DNA from: an uncultured delta proteobacterium
Lineage (GTDB): Bacteria > Myxococcota_A > Polyangia > Fen-1088
Reading direction: 5' to 3'
DNA length: 64,000 nt
Assembly (NCBI GenBank): GCA_963796685.1
Contig: CAWCMR010000009.1
Coordinates: forward strand, 96,001 to 160,000
A program made the translations under genes and the position numbers. The stretch's first letter is position 1. Each line of letters opens with the position of its first letter. The notes beneath the pieces are model-generated. The model was not told where the DNA came from. It was given only the letters and a program-made list of their open reading frames with translations, and did not search any database. Shown here piece after piece: positions 20,769 to 31,000 of the stretch.

Positions 20769-20807
20769 AGAAGCCATCCGCCGACACGTTTCTGCAGGAC
20801 CAGCGAA

Positions 20808-21011
20808 TTATTTCGGCGGCGGTCCATAGAGCGTCGCACGCTTCTGTATGTAGCCGAAAGAGGCGCTGACGGGCCAGGTCAATTCCTGCAAGAGTGTGCC
20901 GTTCGAGCTTACCTCGTGGAGCACGCCCTGGGTCGAATAGGCGACGATCGTGTTGCCGTTGGGTAGGCGTTGCACGTCGCCCATGATGTCGTTCTGAATG
21001 GCCGGGTTCGC
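20808..21011 (-). pseudogene. Aryl-sulfotransferase-like beta-propeller, C-terminal fragment
   Basis: GDVQRLPNGNTIVAY...FGY..KRATLYGPP. Cut by the left boundary of IS91 copy 3. Confidence 0.65.
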
Positions 21012-21630
21012 TAGCACCGGCCACAAGCTCTACGGCCCCACCGGCATCGGCGTGCTTTATGGCAAGCAGCGCCTGCTGGAGGCCATGCCGCCCTGGCAGG
21101 GCGGTGGCGACATGATCATGTCCGTGACCTTCGAGCGGACCACCTACGCGCCGCCGCCGGCCAAATTCGAGGCCGGCACGCCCGACATCAGCGGTGCCAT
21201 CGCTCTCGCCACCGCCATCGACTACGTCGAGTCGTTCGGCATGGCCGCCATCGAACGCTACGAGGCCGAGCTGCGATCACGTGACCGTGTACCTCGACGT
21301 CAAGGACGGTGTCGTCCGTGACATCAGCTTCCAAGGCGAGGGCTGCGCCATCGCCAGGGCGTCGGCGTCCATGATGACGTCGGTGGTGAAGGGAAAGTCC
21401 TTGGCCGACGCCTCCGAGACCTTCAAGCGCTTCCGCCAGATGATCACCGGCGGCCAGGATCCCTGCTTCGACCTCGAAGACCTGGGCAAGCTCGCCGCGT
21501 TCTCCGACGTAAGCGCGTTCCCCGTGCGGGTCAAGTGCGCAAGCCTCGCCTGGCACACCTTGAACGCGGCCATGCACGAGACCACGACCGAGCCCACCAG
21601 CGGCAGCGAGCCCAGCAAGGAGCCCTAAAA

Positions 21631-22026
21631 GTGACGGCGGCCCCCGATCCCCAGCCCGCACCCGACCCGCCCCCCGACCCGCCATCGGGCTCCACCGCCA
21701 ACGATGCGGCCACCGCCCAGTTGGAGCGCCTGGTGTGGCAGGAGCTGCGCGAGTGCTACGACCCGGAGATCCCCGTCAACATCGTGGAGCTGGGGCTCGT
21801 CTACGCCATGAGGACCGAGCCCCTGCCCGAGGGCGGCCACCGGGTCGAGGTCCTCATGACCGTGACCTCTACTGCCTGTGGCATGTCCGAGATCCTGCGC
21901 AGCGAGGCCGACGCGCGCATTCGCAAGCTGCCCGGCGTGGCGCAGGTCGAGGTCGCCATCACCTTCGACCCGACCTGGACCCCCGAGCTCATGAGCGACG
22001 ACGCGCGCATGATGCTGAATTTGTGA
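21631..22026 (+). CDS. sufT: SufT/DUF59 protein, second copy
   Basis: Identical to 5311-5706. Confidence 0.85.
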   Translation: MTAAPDPQPAPDPPPDPPSGSTANDAATAQLERLVWQELRECYDPEIPVNIVELGLVYAMRTEPLPEGGHRVEVLMTVTSTACGMSEILRSEADARIRKLPGVAQVEVAITFDPTWTPELMSDDARMMLNL

Positions 22027-22172
22027 CTGGAGAGAGCGCAGAGGGCGGAGGAGGGCGCGGAGGGCGGAGAAGCTCGGGAAGGTTTTGCCGACCGTGGCCG
22101 TGCCTCACCCACACAACGCCCGACACCCGCATCACGCACCTTCCGTGACCTGCTTGCCGAGAACCCTCCTTC

Positions 22173-23678
22173 ATGGAGGCAGCCGCATGCGCAAAACCTG
22201 CGACCGGCTACACCTATGCCCGCCGGGAGCCGGAGAAGACCGCGCTCTTCCAGGTGCTCCAGCAGCACCTGCTCACCTTCGAGCAAGAGTGGACCGACAA
22301 GTCCGACGGCCGCACGCTGCCCAGCTTCGTCACCGACGAGCTACACGACTTTCTAGGGTGCGGAATCTTGGCGCGAGGCTTCGCACAATTCTTGTGCAAA
22401 ACCTGCCACGAGCGGTACGTTGTGGCCTGGAGCTGTAAGGGTCGTGGCTTCTGTCCGAGCTGCGGAGGCAGACGCATGAACGCGGGTGCGCTGACTCTGG
22501 TCGATCACGTGCTGCCCGAAGTGCCCATCCGACAATTCGTGCTCACCCTGCCTTTCCCGCTGAGATTTCCCTTGGCCTTCGACGGGAAATTGCTGGGCCA
22601 AGTCCTGCGCATCTTCATCGACACCGTCGCGTCCAACTATCGCAAGCGCCTGGCAGATCGGGGCATCCCCGACGGCGAGTGCGGCGCCGTCACGGTCATC
22701 CAGCGCGCCAACAGCGACCTGCGTCTCTCACCGCATTTTCACGTTCTCCAGCTCGATGGAGCGTACGCCCCTGGGCCCGACGGCGGTGCGCCCATCTTCC
22801 ACCCGGCTCCGGAACTTACCCAAGAGGACATCCTTGCCATCGTCGCGCGCGCCAGTAAGCGCATCCTCCGCTTCCTCCAACGTCGCGGGGTCATCACCCT
22901 GGTGACCGCGCCAGGCGACGGCGAGATCACCGTCGTCACCGACGAGACCATCGGCGAGAAGGATCCGCTCCTGGCTCGCTTGTTGGCCGCCGCCACCGCT
23001 GGCGCCTCGCCTGCCGGCCCTGCGCACAAGCGGGCTCCCGTGCGCATCGTGCTCGACCCTGGCGCCACGCCCGTGGCCAAGGGCAAACTATGCGGCCAGC
23101 AAGCAGGCTTCAACCTGCATGCTCAAACCAAAGTCGCCGCCAACGACAAGAAGGGTCGCGAAAACCTGTGCAAGTACATCTTGCGCCCGCCTCTCGCCAA
23201 CGACCGCCTCAAGATCCTCGACGACAAAACCGTCAGGCTCGACTTCAAGAAGCCCTGGACGGATGGCACCTCGTCGGTCGACCTTGCGCCGCTCGCCCTC
23301 ATTGCCAGGCTAGCCGCGATCATCCCTCCTCCTCGTCGCCATGTCGTCAGATATTCGGGGGTTATCTCCTCGCACAGCTCTCTCCGCAGCCAGGTCGTCC
23401 CCGTCCCCGCCGTGGCGGCACCCGAGGAAAAGGACAAGCCTTCACTGCCGCTCTCGCACTATATTTCTTGGAGCCAGCTCCTCAAAAAGACATTCGAGAT
23501 CGACACCGTCTGCCCTCGCTGCAAGAGCCCGCTGCATCTCATCGCCATGATCGAGACCGAGGACACCATCAAGAAGATTCTCAAAGCCATGGGACTGCCT
23601 ACCGAGGCGCCCAAACTCCGGCCTGCACGACCGCCGCCCTCGCAATCTGGTGGCGAGGGCGGAGACTGGCTGAACTGA
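22173..23678 (+). CDS. IS91-family transposase, allele A
   Basis: Identical protein to copy 1. Confidence 0.95.
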   Translation: MEAAACAKPATGYTYARREPEKTALFQVLQQHLLTFEQEWTDKSDGRTLPSFVTDELHDFLGCGILARGFAQFLCKTCHERYVVAWSCKGRGFCPSCGGRRMNAGALTLVDHVLPEVPIRQFVLTLPFPLRFPLAFDGKLLGQVLRIFIDTVASNYRKRLADRGIPDGECGAVTVIQRANSDLRLSPHFHVLQLDGAYAPGPDGGAPIFHPAPELTQEDILAIVARASKRILRFLQRRGVITLVTAPGDGEITVVTDETIGEKDPLLARLLAAATAGASPAGPAHKRAPVRIVLDPGATPVAKGKLCGQQAGFNLHAQTKVAANDKKGRENLCKYILRPPLANDRLKILDDKTVRLDFKKPWTDGTSSVDLAPLALIARLAAIIPPPRRHVVRYSGVISSHSSLRSQVVPVPAVAAPEEKDKPSLPLSHYISWSQLLKKTFEIDTVCPRCKSPLHLIAMIETEDTIKKILKAMGLPTEAPKLRPARPPPSQSGGEGGDWLN

Positions 23679-23844
23679 CGGCACGTCGACCAGGGCGGGT
23701 TGGAGTAGACTGCCCTGCGTGCTCGAGAAAGACCCCGTCAGGCCCCAGAAACCCGGTCACGTGCGCCGTACCGACGTGATCGGGGCCAACCTAATGCGGC
23801 CCGGCAGGGTTCTCGGACGCTCAAAAACCCTTCGAATCGCCTAT

Positions 23845-24364
23845 GGCCCGCCGACAGGCCGTTGAATCCTTTGCGCAGGTCCACGGGCGCGCCATACGCA
23901 AACACGCGCACAGCGCGAGTCAGCCCGATCACCGGCTACCCAAGCTCCTGCAGCATCGCCATCGCCAACTTGACCGGCAAGCCTTCCAGGCGATATCCGC
24001 GCGGCGAAACCAAAGCAAGGCAAGGTATCGCCGTCACGGGGGGCTCCGCCCGCACGACCTTCACGGGCACCATGCGACTGACCTTCGACGAGCTTCCCCA
24101 CAAGTACAGCGTCGCAGCGCATATGCCGATCTGCTTCGCCACCACGTCCATCGCCAAGCCTTGCGCTCGTAGCTCCTTGGCCAGGCGCAAAGCCTTGGCC
24201 TTCATCTCCGTCGTGTACGGGCGTGCACCTTTCCGTCGGGGACCACGCCACTGCAGAACCTCGTCCCGAAACGCTTTGATCTTCTCGTCCATGGGAACCT
24301 CCTTGGGCCAGGACGGTCCCACAGCGCGCGGTTTACGTCAGGACGGGGCCGGGCGAGGACTTAC
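23845..24364 (-). mobile_element. IS66 left-end remnant: IR, tnpA (24292-23936), tnpB start cut by IS91 copy 3
   Basis: IR GTAAGTCCTCGCCCGGCCCCGTCC at 24364. TnpA HTH. TnpB N-terminus VRVFAYGAPVDLRKGFNGL ends at GGCC. Confidence 0.85.
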
Positions 24365-25098
24365 GATGCAACCGCTCCAGACGATGCCCTTGCTGACGTT
24401 GAAGCGGTTATGCCTGCGGTTCGATGTGACGTCCCCGCGAGCGATTCGCCGCCACCCCACACCGTTGCCATGCAGGCGCCGAGGCCGACCGTTCAAGGTC
24501 GCGAGGAGCGCCAGATCACCGATGCACCTACGGAAGCAGCGCTTCGCGGGCAAACGGCAAGGCCGCTGCGGTCAGTTCAAAATCTTCTGGACCGTTTCGA
24601 CCAATGGTTCTGGGGACAACTCGGCCTCGGCTAGAATTCTTTGTGCAACAGTTTCTGCACTGCCGGGAAGACGGTTCCGTTTAGGGGCAGATTTGGAGTA
24701 CGTTTCGGCGGATGATGTCTTTCACTCTGCTAGCGCCAGAGACAGCCGCGCACATTCAGGTGGACAGATGACGCAGGCATCCGCTGGAGCGCGACTGAGC
24801 CCGACCTACGCTCCATTCGCCTGGATGTTCCGAACTATTCGCCTCGACTTGTGCAGCAGGCGCTATACCGATTCTGTTCGAGGTCGAATCGCATCGCATG
24901 GCGAGATCCCTGCGCCGCGGGATCGAAGCCGTGCGGGGCGTGCACGCCAATGGTCTGCCCTTGGGTGACTGCTGAACGATGCACACCGACGCAGGCTCTC
25001 CGCCCTCGCACCAAATGCACGTATCCGGGAATGGCTCCGGAGCCAAGGGCTGGAAAAACCGCCTTGTCTAGGCCATGCACTCCGGTATCCATTGAGGG

Positions 25099-26565
25099 TC
25101 ACAGAGTCTGAAGCAACAGAAACTGGAAATCGGTCGCGACTGATCGTTTGAGGAGCCAGTTCTCGTTCTCGGACAGCAGCATCACCGGTTCAATCAAGCG
25201 CTGGATCTCGATGGGGAGGATGACCGCGGCGAGGGCCTTGCGAGGCAAGCGTCCAAGGGTTGCCAGAACCCACGGCGTGGTGCCAGAAGCTATGCATCGG
25301 GTGAGCGCCTCCGCCACGTCGACGGAGCCCAAGAGACGCAGGGCCTCGGATGCCGCCGCCTTGGTTCGCGTCGATTGGCTCTCGACCAGCAAATCGGCCA
25401 GATGGTTGACAACCTGCTTCGATGGGGTGCCGGCCAGGCCAACAATCGCGTGTAGCCTGACGTCGTCCTCCTCGTCGTCTAGGTACCCGACAAGCCGCTC
25501 ATACGAGCCCACGCCCGCCTTCCCCAATCCCCACACTGCAGCTTGTCGGATCTCATTGCCGGTCAGTTCCGACCGGCGAGCGAGGTTATCTAGTAGCTCG
25601 GCGGCCTGTGGGTGGCGAAGCTCGGCCAGGATCAGAACTGCCTCCATGGGCAAGTAGGGCGGAACTGCGTCGTTTGGCCTTTCCAGCACGGTCGCGATGA
25701 AGTCGAAGCCACAGGCATCATCAAGGCGGGCGAGAGCGCTCGCGATTTCGAGGGCTGTGCGTTGTTCAGTTTCTAATCCCAGGGCCTTCCGAAGTAGGTC
25801 GCGCGTCTTTTCGACACCAATGTGCGGACGCCATCCCAGCGCTTTGGCCGAAACATAGCGGTCAGTCGCGTTGGCAGACTCAAGTCCGTCGGCCGGCACC
25901 CATGCTCGAAACCGAAGATCTGCAATGTTGAGCAGTCGTGGCACGATTCCCGCAAGAATTGATGTCCCACCGTCGAATCGATCGCCCGGTTTGATGTAGG
26001 GCACCTTGCCTCTCATCTGAAACGTCTGCTGTCTACCCGAGTGCATCAGGGCTCGTATTCGCTCGGGAGAAACCTCAAGAACTTCGCCGTCGGCCTTGGG
26101 GACGCAGCTAGGCCAGGTGAGGTCACGCTCGGCACCCTCGCTCGCGGACTTCGGAGGGCCGAGCTTGGCACTTGCCTCCGTCGCGCGAAGGTCCCCGACG
26201 GAAAAACACACCGGGGTTCCTCGAACACGCACGTTCGCTCCGCCGTCACACGGGACGAGAGCGATGACGTCCTCGTCCCGGAGGCCCGAGTCCCACCGAC
26301 GGTCCAGGTTGGTGGGCGAATGGCTCATTTTCACCTGGAGGTCCGACTTCCCTCGAACCTCGAACCGAGTTCCGGTGCGGACGCACAGAATGTCGGCGAG
26401 CCTCAAACGTTTGACTTTCGTCGTCCAAATCTTGTTCGAAGTGCTGTATCGCTCAAGTTCAACCGGTTGGAAGCCCTGAGAACGGAGGTAGTCGATCGCA
26501 GAACGAGTCGCCATTGCGCCCATGGTCAGCTTCTCCACGAAGCTGAGGTCCGCCTTGAACCCCAC
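25099..26565 (-). CDS. Putative PD-(D/E)xK nuclease fused to a HEAT-repeat domain
   Basis: LADILC...RFEVRGKS nuclease-like motif. HEAT units (IRQAAVWGLG, VRLHAIVGLA, TKAAASEALR). GTG start overlaps the C-gene stop (TAGTG). Confidence 0.7.
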   Translation of the reverse strand: MGFKADLSFVEKLTMGAMATRSAIDYLRSQGFQPVELERYSTSNKIWTTKVKRLRLADILCVRTGTRFEVRGKSDLQVKMSHSPTNLDRRWDSGLRDEDVIALVPCDGGANVRVRGTPVCFSVGDLRATEASAKLGPPKSASEGAERDLTWPSCVPKADGEVLEVSPERIRALMHSGRQQTFQMRGKVPYIKPGDRFDGGTSILAGIVPRLLNIADLRFRAWVPADGLESANATDRYVSAKALGWRPHIGVEKTRDLLRKALGLETEQRTALEIASALARLDDACGFDFIATVLERPNDAVPPYLPMEAVLILAELRHPQAAELLDNLARRSELTGNEIRQAAVWGLGKAGVGSYERLVGYLDDEEDDVRLHAIVGLAGTPSKQVVNHLADLLVESQSTRTKAAASEALRLLGSVDVAEALTRCIASGTTPWVLATLGRLPRKALAAVILPIEIQRLIEPVMLLSENENWLLKRSVATDFQFLLLQTL

Positions 26566-26810
26566 TACTTCTCCTTCCCATTCTCGTCGGGCACCAGGAG
26601 ATCTCTCGGATCGCAAGCGAGGGCGGCCGCAATTGCGTAGATGTTCTCCAACGACACGTTGCGCTTCCCGCGCTCCACGGAACTCACATACGTTCGGTGC
26701 AGCCTCGCACGGTCGGCCAGGGCTTCCTGCGAAAGCCCAACCGCCCTACGCAACTTTCTGACGTTGCGTCCGAAAAGTACAGCGGGGCTCTCACCCCTCT
26801 CGTAAACCAC
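26565..26810 (-). CDS. XRE HTH restriction-modification controller (C.PvuII-like)
   Basis: FGRNVRKLR...LSQEALADRARLHRTYVSSVERGKRNVSLENI. Confidence 0.85.
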   Translation of the reverse strand: MVYERGESPAVLFGRNVRKLRRAVGLSQEALADRARLHRTYVSSVERGKRNVSLENIYAIAAALACDPRDLLVPDENGKEK

Positions 26811-26833
26811 CAGGCGGAGAATAAAGCGTTGAT

Positions 26834-26859
26834 GATTTTAGAGCGACAGACTATAAGTC
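26834..26859 (-). promoter_or_regulatory. Tandem C-box operator GACTTATAGTC-TGTC-GCTCTAAAATC
   Basis: GACT-N3-AGTC palindrome, 4-bp spacer and weaker second box directly upstream of the C gene, like the PvuII arrangement. Confidence 0.8.
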
Positions 26860-26870
26860 ACGCATCTGCC

Positions 26871-28700
26871 ATGACACCTTCGATCTCTCGGGCCGCAGCC
26901 CTCGAACCCTCTCGTGGGGAAGACCAGCCGCTTGACCGCTTGCCGGCTCTCGTCCACGCGCCCCGCACCGACGCGGTCTACAACTGCCATGCCTACCTTA
27001 CAAAGGTTCCCGTCGAAGCCATCAAGCCGTTCGTCGATGCGCTGACTGCGGCGGATGAGACTGTCCTCGACATGTTCGCCGGATCTGGGATGACCGGGGT
27101 CGCGGCGTCGTCGCTGGGGCGGCGAGCTGTCTTAAGCGACATTTCGGTCCTCGGTCAGCACATCGGCCGAGGCTACCTTACGGCCGCCGGGCCTACCGAG
27201 ATTCGGCGAAGCGCGGAAACAGCGGTACGTGAGGCGCGGGACGCACTGGGTGACCTCTACCGAACGAAACGAGCCTCCGACGGCGCCCAGGCCGAGGTAA
27301 TCCGAACGATCTGGTCCTACGTCTACATCTGTCCGAAGTGTAGCGAGCATATGGTCTACTTCAACTATGTCGATGAGGACGGCAGGCCTCCCAACCAGTG
27401 CCCGAAGTGTGGTGGCAGCTTTGCCCGCCGATCGTGGGCTCGCGGTGAGGATGAGCCAGTGCGGGTAGTCGTAGACGGCGAGCAGGGGAAACAGGTAGAG
27501 CAACCAGTCCAGCCAATCGATCTTCGGCGCATCACGCGTGCTCAGAAGGATCCACGGCAGGCGGACGTGCCATCCCTAACAATCTCCCCGGATCGAGAGA
27601 TGTATAGCCGGTCAGGCCTGGGGCGTGTTGGCGTGAGTGAGACGAAGCAGTTTTTTTCGTCTCGGAATGCTTTGGCCCTGCTTGAGCTGTGGCGAGCGAT
27701 CGGGAGGGTTCCCACTGAGCCTGTTCGCCAGAAGTTGCGATTTGCCTTCACGGCCTGCCTCACCCGAGCCTCGAAGCGCTATCAGTGGGGGCCAAAGCGC
27801 CCGCTCAATGCGCAGAATCAGACCTACTACGTAGCGCCAATCTACTTCGAGTGGAACGTGTTCGACCTCTTCGAGCGCAAGGTGGAAGCCGTGCTACGTT
27901 CGGATGCGCTGATCTTCGGCGACATCCCGCTGCTGGTCTCGAACCCCTCAAAGCGTTCCGTGTACGAGTTGGCTTCGGCGGACCAACTCGCTCACGTCGC
28001 AGATGGCTCCGTCTCGTACGTCTTCACCGATCCTCCTTTCGGCAGCAACATCTTCTATGCCGACATGAATCTTTTTCACGAAGCATGGCTGGGCAAAGCC
28101 ACCGACGACCGTCGGGAGGCGGTCATGCATACCACCGGGAAGAAGAAGAAGGATGCTGCCGACCGATACGAGAAGCTCCTCCGGGGAGCGTTCGCCGAGG
28201 CCTATCGAGTCCTGAAGCCGGGCCGTTTCATGAGTGTAGTGTTCGGCAACAGCAGTGGGGCTGTCTGGTCTCTGGTGCAGCGTGCCCTCCGCGATGCCGG
28301 TTTCAACGAACCGCTGCATGCCGCAATTCTCGACAAGGGCCAGCGCTCGGTCAAGGGACTCAACTCTGGATCGGAGGGAGTCGTGACGCTCGATCTCGTA
28401 CTAACGGTGAAGAAGCCGAAACGTCGCATCGCGGTGAGACGCACGGACGCCCCTCCCGCAAGCGTCGGGGACTTGCTCGCGTCTGCAGCGAGCGAACTCG
28501 ACGAGAAGCGAGCACGGAATCCCAGCTACGTCTACCTAGCCGCCCTCCGGGAGGCAATCCGTCGAGGTCAGTCTCTCGAAGGGTTACACTACAGCGACGT
28601 CTTGCTGGGGCTACGGAATCTCGGGTTTTCCTTGGATCCAAAGAAGGGGCTCTTCGATCGTCCGGTGGATGCGTCGGCACTCGCCAGCCTGGCCGGATGA
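26871..28700 (+). CDS. DNA amino-methyltransferase with Zn ribbon (SAM motif before DPPF)
   Basis: HAYLTKVP, VLDMFAGSGMTG, CPKC...CPKC, YVFTDPPF, EAYRVLKPG. Confidence 0.88.
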   Translation: MTPSISRAAALEPSRGEDQPLDRLPALVHAPRTDAVYNCHAYLTKVPVEAIKPFVDALTAADETVLDMFAGSGMTGVAASSLGRRAVLSDISVLGQHIGRGYLTAAGPTEIRRSAETAVREARDALGDLYRTKRASDGAQAEVIRTIWSYVYICPKCSEHMVYFNYVDEDGRPPNQCPKCGGSFARRSWARGEDEPVRVVVDGEQGKQVEQPVQPIDLRRITRAQKDPRQADVPSLTISPDREMYSRSGLGRVGVSETKQFFSSRNALALLELWRAIGRVPTEPVRQKLRFAFTACLTRASKRYQWGPKRPLNAQNQTYYVAPIYFEWNVFDLFERKVEAVLRSDALIFGDIPLLVSNPSKRSVYELASADQLAHVADGSVSYVFTDPPFGSNIFYADMNLFHEAWLGKATDDRREAVMHTTGKKKKDAADRYEKLLRGAFAEAYRVLKPGRFMSVVFGNSSGAVWSLVQRALRDAGFNEPLHAAILDKGQRSVKGLNSGSEGVVTLDLVLTVKKPKRRIAVRRTDAPPASVGDLLASAASELDEKRARNPSYVYLAALREAIRRGQSLEGLHYSDVLLGLRNLGFSLDPKKGLFDRPVDASALASLAG

Positions 28701-28728
28701 CCCTGCAGAGCACTGCCCAGGTCGCGCC

Positions 28729-29259
28729 TTGATTCGCGTCGATGGATACCTAACGCAACAGAAGTTGGAGACAGCCCTCAGGTCAATCGTTGGCGAAGGC
28801 GCATGGCGTGGGCGCGAGGTCCACGTTTCGCAAGGGGGGAAGCATCGCTGGGACATGGCGTACCAGTGGCAGGAGCAGTTCGTCGTGGTCGAGTTCGACG
28901 GGGACGAGCACTATCGGCATTCACTGAAGATCAAGGCGGACCGCCAAAAGGCCGAAGTGGCTCAACGTAGTGGGCACAAGGTGATTCGAATCCCATATTG
29001 GGTTCAACTAACTACCGAGACGTTGCAGCACTTCTTCGGCCTCCATACCGATATCGACCAAAACTTCGCGCATGGATTCATAACTACGAAGCTGTTTCCA
29101 GCATCGTTCTGCGAGCAAGGCATCGCGCGGTTCGAGGAAGAAATGGCGGCGCTTCCGAATGCGGTCAGGGTCGCAGTCGTATGCTCGCTTCACGACCGAG
29201 CGGCTGAGCACGGATGGGAGTACGTGCTTCCGCGTCGGCTGATGTCAATTGTCGGTTAG
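28729..29259 (+). CDS. DUF559/Vsr-like endonuclease
   Basis: RWDMAY...VVEFDGDEHY...DRQK...GHKVIRIPYW. Confidence 0.7.
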   Translation: MIRVDGYLTQQKLETALRSIVGEGAWRGREVHVSQGGKHRWDMAYQWQEQFVVVEFDGDEHYRHSLKIKADRQKAEVAQRSGHKVIRIPYWVQLTTETLQHFFGLHTDIDQNFAHGFITTKLFPASFCEQGIARFEEEMAALPNAVRVAVVCSLHDRAAEHGWEYVLPRRLMSIVG

Positions 29260-29297
29260 GCCGTTCCCCGGTCACAACTGGCTGAAGCGCAAGGCCG

Positions 29298-29807
29298 TCA
29301 CACTGTTTCTTCGAGCTTGCCGCCAATTCCGGAGTAGAGGAGTCTTCCGTGGGCTTTCACGTACGACAACGGAACCTTGGGGTTATTGATGTCCTTGCCG
29401 CCATCACGATGCCACTTTTCTTCCCAGGCCGTGTACCACTGTTCCATCTCGGTCGGGGTGAGCAAGTAGATCTCTTTCAGTTCGATTCCCTCGTAAGTCG
29501 CGAAGATCCAATCCACCATTCTGTACTTGGCGATGATCACGGGATTGAGGTGATGGTGGGTTGTGAACTGCTGCGTACGCTGCAGGTTCACGGTTTTCAC
29601 CTCGTACTCCTTCCCCTGAGCATCGCGGACATCGTTTCCTTCCCGTGACTTCAAGACAGTGATACCGAGCAGCAGCGCAATCTGGAGGAGCTTGCCGCCA
29701 TTGTCCTGGAAGATATCGGGGATACCGTGCTTCACCGCAAGCTCTTGGTACAGTCGAATTCCGGGAAAGAGTTTCCGGAGCAGATTGGCATCACGATGGG
29801 CCCTCAC
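29298..29807 (-). CDS. pvuIIR: PvuII-family type II restriction endonuclease
   Basis: YQELAVKHGIPDIFQDNGGKLLQ, REGND...EYEVK, THHHLNPVIIAKYR, KDINNPK closely match R.PvuII as I recall it. Confidence 0.9.
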   Translation of the reverse strand: MRAHRDANLLRKLFPGIRLYQELAVKHGIPDIFQDNGGKLLQIALLLGITVLKSREGNDVRDAQGKEYEVKTVNLQRTQQFTTHHHLNPVIIAKYRMVDWIFATYEGIELKEIYLLTPTEMEQWYTAWEEKWHRDGGKDINNPKVPLSYVKAHGRLLYSGIGGKLEETV

Positions 29808-29875
29808 TTTGAGGCTGCGGGATAGCTGCTTCCGTATCCTGGGTCTGGGCACGAATCGAACGTTCGCGGGTCCCC

Positions 29876-29901
29876 CGCTCATGGTCTACAGACTCAACGT
29901 C
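29876..29901 (-). promoter_or_regulatory. Second tandem C-box GACGTTGAGTC-TGTA-GACCATGAGCG upstream of the PvuII-like gene
   Basis: GAC-N5-GTC box, TGTA spacer and weaker second box, about 70 bp before the R start. Confidence 0.65.
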
Positions 29902-30206
29902 ACACATCTGAGAGGGTCGCCAGATGGGTGGCCGAGAGTACAGGCCCACGCGGTCGTCAGAGTCATGGAGCGGGATGCTCACATCGAGCAAGCACGGCGT
30001 CAATCGGCGATGTTTCACAATGTCGTCGGTGCTTCCATCTCCTTGGTCACGTTGCGAGGAGTGTCATTGCTGCGCTGTCACGTGGTGGGCTTACGGCGGA
30101 CGACTCTCCGTCCTGCGCCTCCTTGCATAACCACCAACCTAACCACCTGAGCGAGACGGGGCTGGACGGCCCGAGACTCCTTGTGACGGTAAGCCCGCGT
30201 CTCTAC

Positions 30207-30335
30207 CGTGCTCAAGAAAGACCCCGTCAGGCCCCAGAAACCCGGTCACGTGCGCCGTACCGACGTGATCGGGGCCAACCTAATGCGGCCCGGCAGGGTT
30301 CTCAGACGCTCAAAAACCCCCTTCGAATCGCCTAT
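30207..30335 (+). mobile_element. 129-bp ori-only fragment of the IS91-like element
   Basis: Matches the last 129 bp of the full copies and is followed by GGCC. Confidence 0.9.
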
Positions 30336-30922
30336 GGCCAGGCGTCTAGAGCGCCGAATGCACAGCCGCGTTGCCAGCGGAGCCGCTCCGCACGGCTTCG
30401 CGCTCCTCACCCTGACTCTAGCGACGCCTGATCCTATCCGTGGCTACCGCGTGCTTTGCAAGGCGCGTCTGCGTTTCTTCCGTGGAACCCTTGCACGCTC
30501 TGTCATGTCAGGCGGAGAAGGCCACGTGCATGCTGAGCCTGCCCGAGGGGGCGAGGCGCAAGTCTGGAACGTCCACATGCATGCCATCGTCGAACTGGGG
30601 CAACCTCGTCGCAGCGTGGATACCGGCGCGCTTCAGGCGATGTGGGCGCAGGCTCTCGCTCACTTCGGTGCACGGGGTTCCCTGGACCTACGTCAACGGC
30701 GCAATCTGACTGCCGACTCGTTGCGGGCGTGCAGGGATGAAGTGCGCGGGTGACAGTTTCATGCCTGCCGCATTCTACGTTTCCAAGCGGAAGCCCGCCG
30801 ACTGGGCCAAGGACGGTGCAGCGGAGATCGTCGTGCGGTTCAAGCTCATGGTGGAGTCGCCACGCTTGGTGTCTACCTGGGGAACATGGCGAAAGCCGCG
30901 GCGGAAATCACAGCACGCATGA
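30336..30922 (+). pseudogene. Rolling-circle HUH Rep (Rep_1-like), 5'-truncated and frameshifted near 30750
   Basis: Motif I LLTLT and motif II WNVHMHAIV; motif III-like YVSK in the next frame. Confidence 0.65.
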
Positions 30923-31000
30923 GCCAGCCAGCCCCTTGGAAGGAGCCCGCACCAAGATACGAGTAACGCCGTCTCTGGCATCGAGCGCGGCCACAGCCGT

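Larger units (their letters stand above)
21012..23844 (+). mobile_element. IS91/ISCR-like element copy 3 with full sufS'-sufU'-sufT passenger
   Basis: Duplicate of 4692-7526 apart from a 2-bp shorter C run and one substitution near the right end. Confidence 0.9.

Noticed and set aside
23862-24968. 368-aa plus-strand ORF
   Set aside because: Antisense to IS66 tnpA and crosses the IS boundary; no protein-like motifs.
24365-30188. IS66-bounded composite transposon around the RM locus
   Set aside because: The second IR is only loosely similar, has no IS66 body, and the flanks (GATGCAAC, TTGTGACG) are not a duplication.
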